Part shown: positions 59,350 to 64,000 of the stretch, in pieces | How the letters are laid out: each line of letters opens with the position of its first letter | Position numbering within the stretch: position 1 is the first letter of the stretch | IMG/VR virus record: IMGVR_UViG_3300037455_000372 | Location: 235,710-299,709 of that record | Strand: one strand, 5' to 3' | DNA from: a virus | Lineage: Duplodnaviria; Heunggongvirae; Uroviricota; Caudoviricetes | DNA: 64,000 bases | Made by a program: the position numbers and the translations under genes | Notes under the pieces: model-generated | The model's database searches: none | The model's input: the letters and a program-made list of their open reading frames with translations, nothing else | What the model was told of the DNA's origin: nothing

Positions 59350-62001
59350 ATGGAAAACAACAATATGAATAAAAACGGACTGACTTCCCAAGAAGTCTTA
59401 GATTCTCGCGCCAAGTTCGGCACGAACCAAATCCCTGATACGGAACCGACCACGTTCTGGGCGGAATTCAAGGAGTCCTTCAGTGACCCGATGATTCGTA
59501 TCCTTCTCGCAATCGCTGGTCTTATGCTCGCTCTCTGGGGTGCAAGCTTCATCTTCCCCCAGGCTGGCATCGAACAGACTATCTATGAACCGATTGGTAC
59601 TATGGTGGCCGTTCTCCTCGTCGCTACCATTTCTGCAAAGACCGCTGTGTCTTCCGACGGCAAGTACCGCGCTCTCAAGGCTCGCACGGAAAAAGACCAA
59701 GCCAAGGTCATCCGTGACGGTTCTACTCAGAGCATCGACTTCGATGACGTGGTCGTCGGAGATCTGATTCATCTGCAGTCTGGCGACAAGATTCCGGCTG
59801 ACGGTACTCTTATCGAGGGTTCCCTCCGTGTGGACAACTCCGCACTGAACGGTGAAGCCGAAGAGTGCCACAAGGAAGCAAACCCGGACGGCGTGGTTCC
59901 GGATGAAATTACTGGCGATACTTTCGTGGACAAGTCTTCTCTCTTCCGTGGTGCAATCGTCTATGACGGTGACGGCATTATGGTCGTGCAGAAGGTCGGT
60001 CTCAAGACTATGATGGGTAAGATGGCCGAAGAAATGGCCGGTGACGAACCGGACTCTCCGCTCAAGGTCAAGCTTTCCAAGCTCGCAAATCAGATTTCCG
60101 TTTTCGGTTATGTGTCCGCCGCGTTGATTGTGTTATTGTACCTCGTAACCGGAATTATTAACGCTGGCGGACCTTCCGCTTTCCTCGACCTCGGTTGGCA
60201 GCACGTTCTTAACACCGTGATTAAGGCCGCAGACCTTGCAATCCTTATCGTCGTGTGCGCTGTTCCTGAAGGACTTCCGTTGATGATTTCCCTCGTGTTG
60301 ATGCAGAATACCTCCAAGCTGCTTGACCACAACGTGTTGGTTCGCAAGGCTCAAGGTATCGAAACCGCTGGCGCAGTGAATATCCAGTTCTCCGATAAGA
60401 CCGGTACCATTACCAAGGGTAACCTTGAAGTGGTCGAACTCTTTGACGGCAAGGGTATCAGCACTGGTCTCTCTGACAAGTTGATTAACTGCATCGCTCG
60501 TAACACCCAGTCTACGTTCGACAGAAAGGGTAATGTCCTCGGTGGCAACGCTACGGAACACGCCTTGATGAAGTTCATCGGTCAAGACCATTTCCACTCT
60601 TGCTCTGCTGGCGTGGTCGCAATGCAAGGCTTCAACTCCGCTAACAAGTTCAGCCAAGCCAAGCTCAGTGACGGAACGCTCGTGTACAAGGGTGCTCCCG
60701 AAAAGATTCTCGCCAAGTGTACTAAGTATATGGACGTGAACGGCAACATCGCCGATGTCGATATGGCCGCTCTCAACGCAAAGATTGACGAAATGGCTAA
60801 CAAGGCTATGCGTATGCTTGCCTTTGCCTACTGTGAAGATGAACTCGAAGAAAACGTCATCCACGACAACCTGACTCTCGTAGCCGTGGCCGCTATCCGT
60901 GACGATGTCCGTCCGGAAGCAAAGACCGCAATCGAAGCTATGCAGAAGGCTGGCATCCAAGTCGTGATGATTACTGGTGACCGTCTCGAAACCGCTCGCG
61001 CAATCGCAAAGGACGCCGGTCTTGTCCGCAGTGACAAGGACGTGGTGCTGTCCTCCACCGACCTCGCCGCGATGTCCGATGACGACATCAAGAAGATTCT
61101 CAAGGACATCCGTGTGATCGCTCGTGCCTTGCCGACCGACAAGTCTCGTATGGTTCGCTTGTCTCAGGAAATGGGTCTCGTCTGCGGTATGACTGGTGAT
61201 GGCGTGAACGACTCTCCGGCCTTGAAGCGTGCTGACGTGGGCTTCGCAATGGGTTCCGGTACCGAAGCCGCCAAGGAAGCTGGTGACTTGATTATCTTGG
61301 ACGACAACTTCAACTCCATCAAGGACGCTGTTTGGTTTGGTCGTACCATCTTCCACAACATCTTGAAGTTCGTGAAGTTCCAGTTGACGATTAACGTAGC
61401 TGCAGTGGGCGTGACTCTCTTGGCTCCGCTCTTTGGCTGTGAACCGCCGCTTACCGTTGTCCACCTCCTCTTCGTGAACCTCGTGATGGACGGTCTTGGC
61501 TCTATGATGCTCGGTTCCGAACCCGCTCTGCCGAAGTATATGTCCGAAAAGCCGCGTAACCGTGAAGATTCCATCATCGACAAGTCTATGATTGGATCCG
61601 TGATTATCCCGGCATTCTGGATTATCGCGCTCGGTTTCGTGTTCCTCAAGGTTCCGTTCTTCACCACGCGCTTTGACTCTGTACTCCAGATGAACACCGC
61701 ATTCTTCGCATTCTTTATCTGGTCGGCCTTGTGGAATGGTTTCAACGTACGTTCTGACCGTTTCGCAATCTTCTCTCGCCTCAACGAGAACCCCGGCTTC
61801 TTGAAGGTGCTTGCAATCATCGCAATTGTTCAGGCTGGCATCATCAACATCGGTGAGTTCAATAACCCGGTTTGCCAGACCATTTCCAAGATGTTCAGCT
61901 GCATTCCGTTTGGTGCCGCTGAATGGGGAATCATCGCCGTGTTATCCTTCACCATCATTCCGGTCGCCTCTCTGGCGAAACTGGCTCTTACGAGGAAGTA
62001 A
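59350..62001 (+). CDS. Calcium-translocating P-type ATPase (P2, PMCA-like)
   Basis: VPEGLP, SDKTGT, KGAPE, MITGD, MTGDGVND, multiple TM helices. Confidence 0.95.
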   Translation: MENNNMNKNGLTSQEVLDSRAKFGTNQIPDTEPTTFWAEFKESFSDPMIRILLAIAGLMLALWGASFIFPQAGIEQTIYEPIGTMVAVLLVATISAKTAVSSDGKYRALKARTEKDQAKVIRDGSTQSIDFDDVVVGDLIHLQSGDKIPADGTLIEGSLRVDNSALNGEAEECHKEANPDGVVPDEITGDTFVDKSSLFRGAIVYDGDGIMVVQKVGLKTMMGKMAEEMAGDEPDSPLKVKLSKLANQISVFGYVSAALIVLLYLVTGIINAGGPSAFLDLGWQHVLNTVIKAADLAILIVVCAVPEGLPLMISLVLMQNTSKLLDHNVLVRKAQGIETAGAVNIQFSDKTGTITKGNLEVVELFDGKGISTGLSDKLINCIARNTQSTFDRKGNVLGGNATEHALMKFIGQDHFHSCSAGVVAMQGFNSANKFSQAKLSDGTLVYKGAPEKILAKCTKYMDVNGNIADVDMAALNAKIDEMANKAMRMLAFAYCEDELEENVIHDNLTLVAVAAIRDDVRPEAKTAIEAMQKAGIQVVMITGDRLETARAIAKDAGLVRSDKDVVLSSTDLAAMSDDDIKKILKDIRVIARALPTDKSRMVRLSQEMGLVCGMTGDGVNDSPALKRADVGFAMGSGTEAAKEAGDLIILDDNFNSIKDAVWFGRTIFHNILKFVKFQLTINVAAVGVTLLAPLFGCEPPLTVVHLLFVNLVMDGLGSMMLGSEPALPKYMSEKPRNREDSIIDKSMIGSVIIPAFWIIALGFVFLKVPFFTTRFDSVLQMNTAFFAFFIWSALWNGFNVRSDRFAIFSRLNENPGFLKVLAIIAIVQAGIINIGEFNNPVCQTISKMFSCIPFGAAEWGIIAVLSFTIIPVASLAKLALTRK

Positions 62002-62003
62002 CA

Positions 62004-62708
62004 ATGATTAAGCTCAGTAAAGGTGGCAGCATTAAGCTGAAGAAAGACACCGATTCCCTCACCCACATCTTCGTCGGTATGGGTTGGGAAATCGCCAAAG
62101 GCAGTCGTACCGTGACTCGTGAAGTTCCGGTAAAGTCCATCGGAAACCTTTTCCGTAAGCTGTTCGGCTGCGAACTCGTTACCAAGACCGTCACCGAAAC
62201 CATCACTCGTCGCACAAATGGCGAGTATGACTTGGACGCATCTTGCGTATTGCTCAACAAGGATGGTTATCCGATCGGTCGCCGTATTGAAGAAAATATG
62301 GTCTGCTATCACAACAAGGAAGTCAGCGGCATCAAGCACGGTGGCGACAACTTGACCGGTAGCGACGGCGAACACGATGATGAAGTCATCGATATCAAGT
62401 TGACCGAGGTTCGTAAGGAAACTGCAACGATTGTGGTCTTTATGAACATCTATCAGGCAGAAAACAAGAAACAGTCGTTCCGTGACCTTACCAAGGCTTA
62501 CCTCCGTATCGTGAACGCGGCCAATAACGAAGAATTGTGTCGTTATGACCTCACTCAGTTCAACGAGAAGGACACGGCTCTCGTTCTCGGCAAGTTGACT
62601 CGCGAAGGCAATGAATGGACGTTTACCGCAATCGGTAACTCCCTCAAGGCCAATTACCCGATCGAAGTAGTCAACCAGCTCAACTCCAAAATTCTTAACA
62701 ACAACTAA
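62004..62708 (+). CDS. terD: TerD-family stress protein
   Basis: LSKGG, GMGW, DLDAS, GDNLTG..DDE. Confidence 0.9.
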   Translation: MIKLSKGGSIKLKKDTDSLTHIFVGMGWEIAKGSRTVTREVPVKSIGNLFRKLFGCELVTKTVTETITRRTNGEYDLDASCVLLNKDGYPIGRRIEENMVCYHNKEVSGIKHGGDNLTGSDGEHDDEVIDIKLTEVRKETATIVVFMNIYQAENKKQSFRDLTKAYLRIVNAANNEELCRYDLTQFNEKDTALVLGKLTREGNEWTFTAIGNSLKANYPIEVVNQLNSKILNNN

Positions 62709-62723
62709 CAAAGAGGTACAACA

Positions 62724-63287
62724 ATGTCCATCAATCTTTCCAAAGGTGAAAACCACGTTCTCGACAAAAACACCCAGACTGCCTTGATTGGCTTGGGCTG
62801 GGATGCGAAATCCGGTTCCGGTGCCGCATTTGACCTTGACGCTTCCGTGATTGCTCTCACGGCAAACGGCAAGATTGCGTCCGACTCCGATGTCATCTAC
62901 TTCAACAACAAGAAGCACTCCAGTGGTGCTATCGTCCACAGCGGCGACAACCTCACTGGTGCTGGCGACGGTGATGACGAAACCATCAAGCTCGACTTCT
63001 CCAAGATGCCGGAAAATATCGAACGCCTCGTGGTCGTGGTCAACATCTACAAGGCCGATGAACGCAACCAGAACTTCGGTCAGGTGAACAACGCCTACGT
63101 CCGCCTCGTGAACACCACCGGCGGCAAGAACGAAGAAGAACTCCGCTTCGACCTTACCGAAGACTACTCTGGCTCTACCGGCATCCGTATGGCTGACATC
63201 TACCGCCACAACGGTGAATGGAAGATGAAGGCTATCGGCGAAGGTACGAAGTGCGGCCTTGGTGACTTCATCAATCAGTTCAAGTAA
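62724..63287 (+). CDS. terD: TerD-family stress protein
   Basis: GLGWD, FDLDAS, GDNLTGAGDGDDE, QNFGQV, YRHNGEWK. Confidence 0.95.
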   Translation: MSINLSKGENHVLDKNTQTALIGLGWDAKSGSGAAFDLDASVIALTANGKIASDSDVIYFNNKKHSSGAIVHSGDNLTGAGDGDDETIKLDFSKMPENIERLVVVVNIYKADERNQNFGQVNNAYVRLVNTTGGKNEEELRFDLTEDYSGSTGIRMADIYRHNGEWKMKAIGEGTKCGLGDFINQFK

Positions 63288-63301
63288 TAAGAAGGCTAAC
63301 A

Positions 63302-63910
63302 ATGGCAGTTAAATTGGCTAAGAAAGGCAACGTCATCGCTCTCTCGAAGGGTGTGAAGTATGCCATGATTGGTCTTGGCTGGTCTTGCGGTGCGCAGCAA
63401 GTTGACCTTGATGCGTCCGCATTCCTTCTCGGTGCCGACGGAAAGTGTGCGTCTGACGACGACATCATTTTCTACGGAATGGAAGCCGAAGACAAGACCC
63501 ATTACAGTGGTGGTATTCGTTATGGTGGCGACAGTCTCGCCGGTGGATCTGGTTCTTCCGATGATGAAAACCTCTTCATCGATTTCGACAAGATTCCCGA
63601 CCACATCACGACGATTGACATCACGGTGACTATCTACAAGTGGAAGAAGCGTCACCAGACCTTCGGTATGGTTAAGAACGCTTATTGCCGCGTGGTCTCT
63701 ACCGACGAAAAGTTCCGTCCGGATGGAAACGAAGAACTCCGCTTCGACCTGAAGGATGACTATCCGAGAGCAACCGCGATGTTGATGGCTCAGCTTATCA
63801 AGACCGGAAATACTTGGTCGTTCAAGGCCGCTGGCCAAGACTATACCAACGCTGGCTTGAACAAGCTCTGTCAAGACCGTGGTCTCGAAACCGATGGTGG
63901 GGACGACTAA
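63302..63910 (+). CDS. terD: TerD-family stress protein
   Basis: GLGW, DLDASAF, GDSLAGG..DDE, QTFGMV. Confidence 0.9.
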   Translation: MAVKLAKKGNVIALSKGVKYAMIGLGWSCGAQQVDLDASAFLLGADGKCASDDDIIFYGMEAEDKTHYSGGIRYGGDSLAGGSGSSDDENLFIDFDKIPDHITTIDITVTIYKWKKRHQTFGMVKNAYCRVVSTDEKFRPDGNEELRFDLKDDYPRATAMLMAQLIKTGNTWSFKAAGQDYTNAGLNKLCQDRGLETDGGDD

Positions 63911-64000
63911 TGACCAAAAAGGTTCTGATTATTATCGGTGTGGTTGTTTACCTTTGCTTGGCTGTCCCGGCGGCTTATGGGCTGGTGAGGTTCTTTACCA
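63910..64000 (+). CDS. Membrane protein, 3'-truncated by the window
   Basis: TAATG coupling; MTKKVLIIIGVVVYLCLAV... Confidence 0.6.
   Translation, partial: MTKKVLIIIGVVVYLCLAVPAAYGLVRFFT

Noticed and set aside
1-64000. Stop-codon reassignment
   Set aside because: Conserved genes are full length in code 11 and end with TAA, TAG and TGA.
1-64000. tRNA, rRNA or CRISPR arrays
   Set aside because: None recognised by eye; intergenic hairpins fit terminators or IS ends. A tRNAscan-SE/Infernal run would be needed to exclude them.

Overview
A 64 kb segment of a large (probably jumbo) dsDNA phage genome in the standard genetic code. The host is plausibly Fibrobacter or a related anaerobe, inferred from two Fib_succ_major/FISUMP-like domains and a class III RNR. 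It carries nucleotide/DNA metabolism genes (nrdD, nrdG, thyX, dut, NAD-dependent ligase, Dda-like helicase, intein-split Sau3AI-like C5 methyltransferase), a ~14 kb block of modular fibre-like genes, a tnpB-only IS200/IS605 element, a probable free-standing homing endonuclease, phoH, an IF3 with a duplicated N-terminal domain, glycosyltransferases, and a PspA / P-type ATPase / 3xTerD cluster. The best candidate for an undescribed system is at 43.0-47.9 kb: a radical SAM gene followed by five tandem, largely divergent proteins that all begin with MET(F/L)RxG(T/S)FETNSSSxH, then a ClpP-like protease. Two promoter classes are readable (sigma70-like TTGACA-N17-TATATT and a phage-type ATAAACT), and about ten genes appear leaderless. 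All calls are from manual motif recognition; no database search was run.
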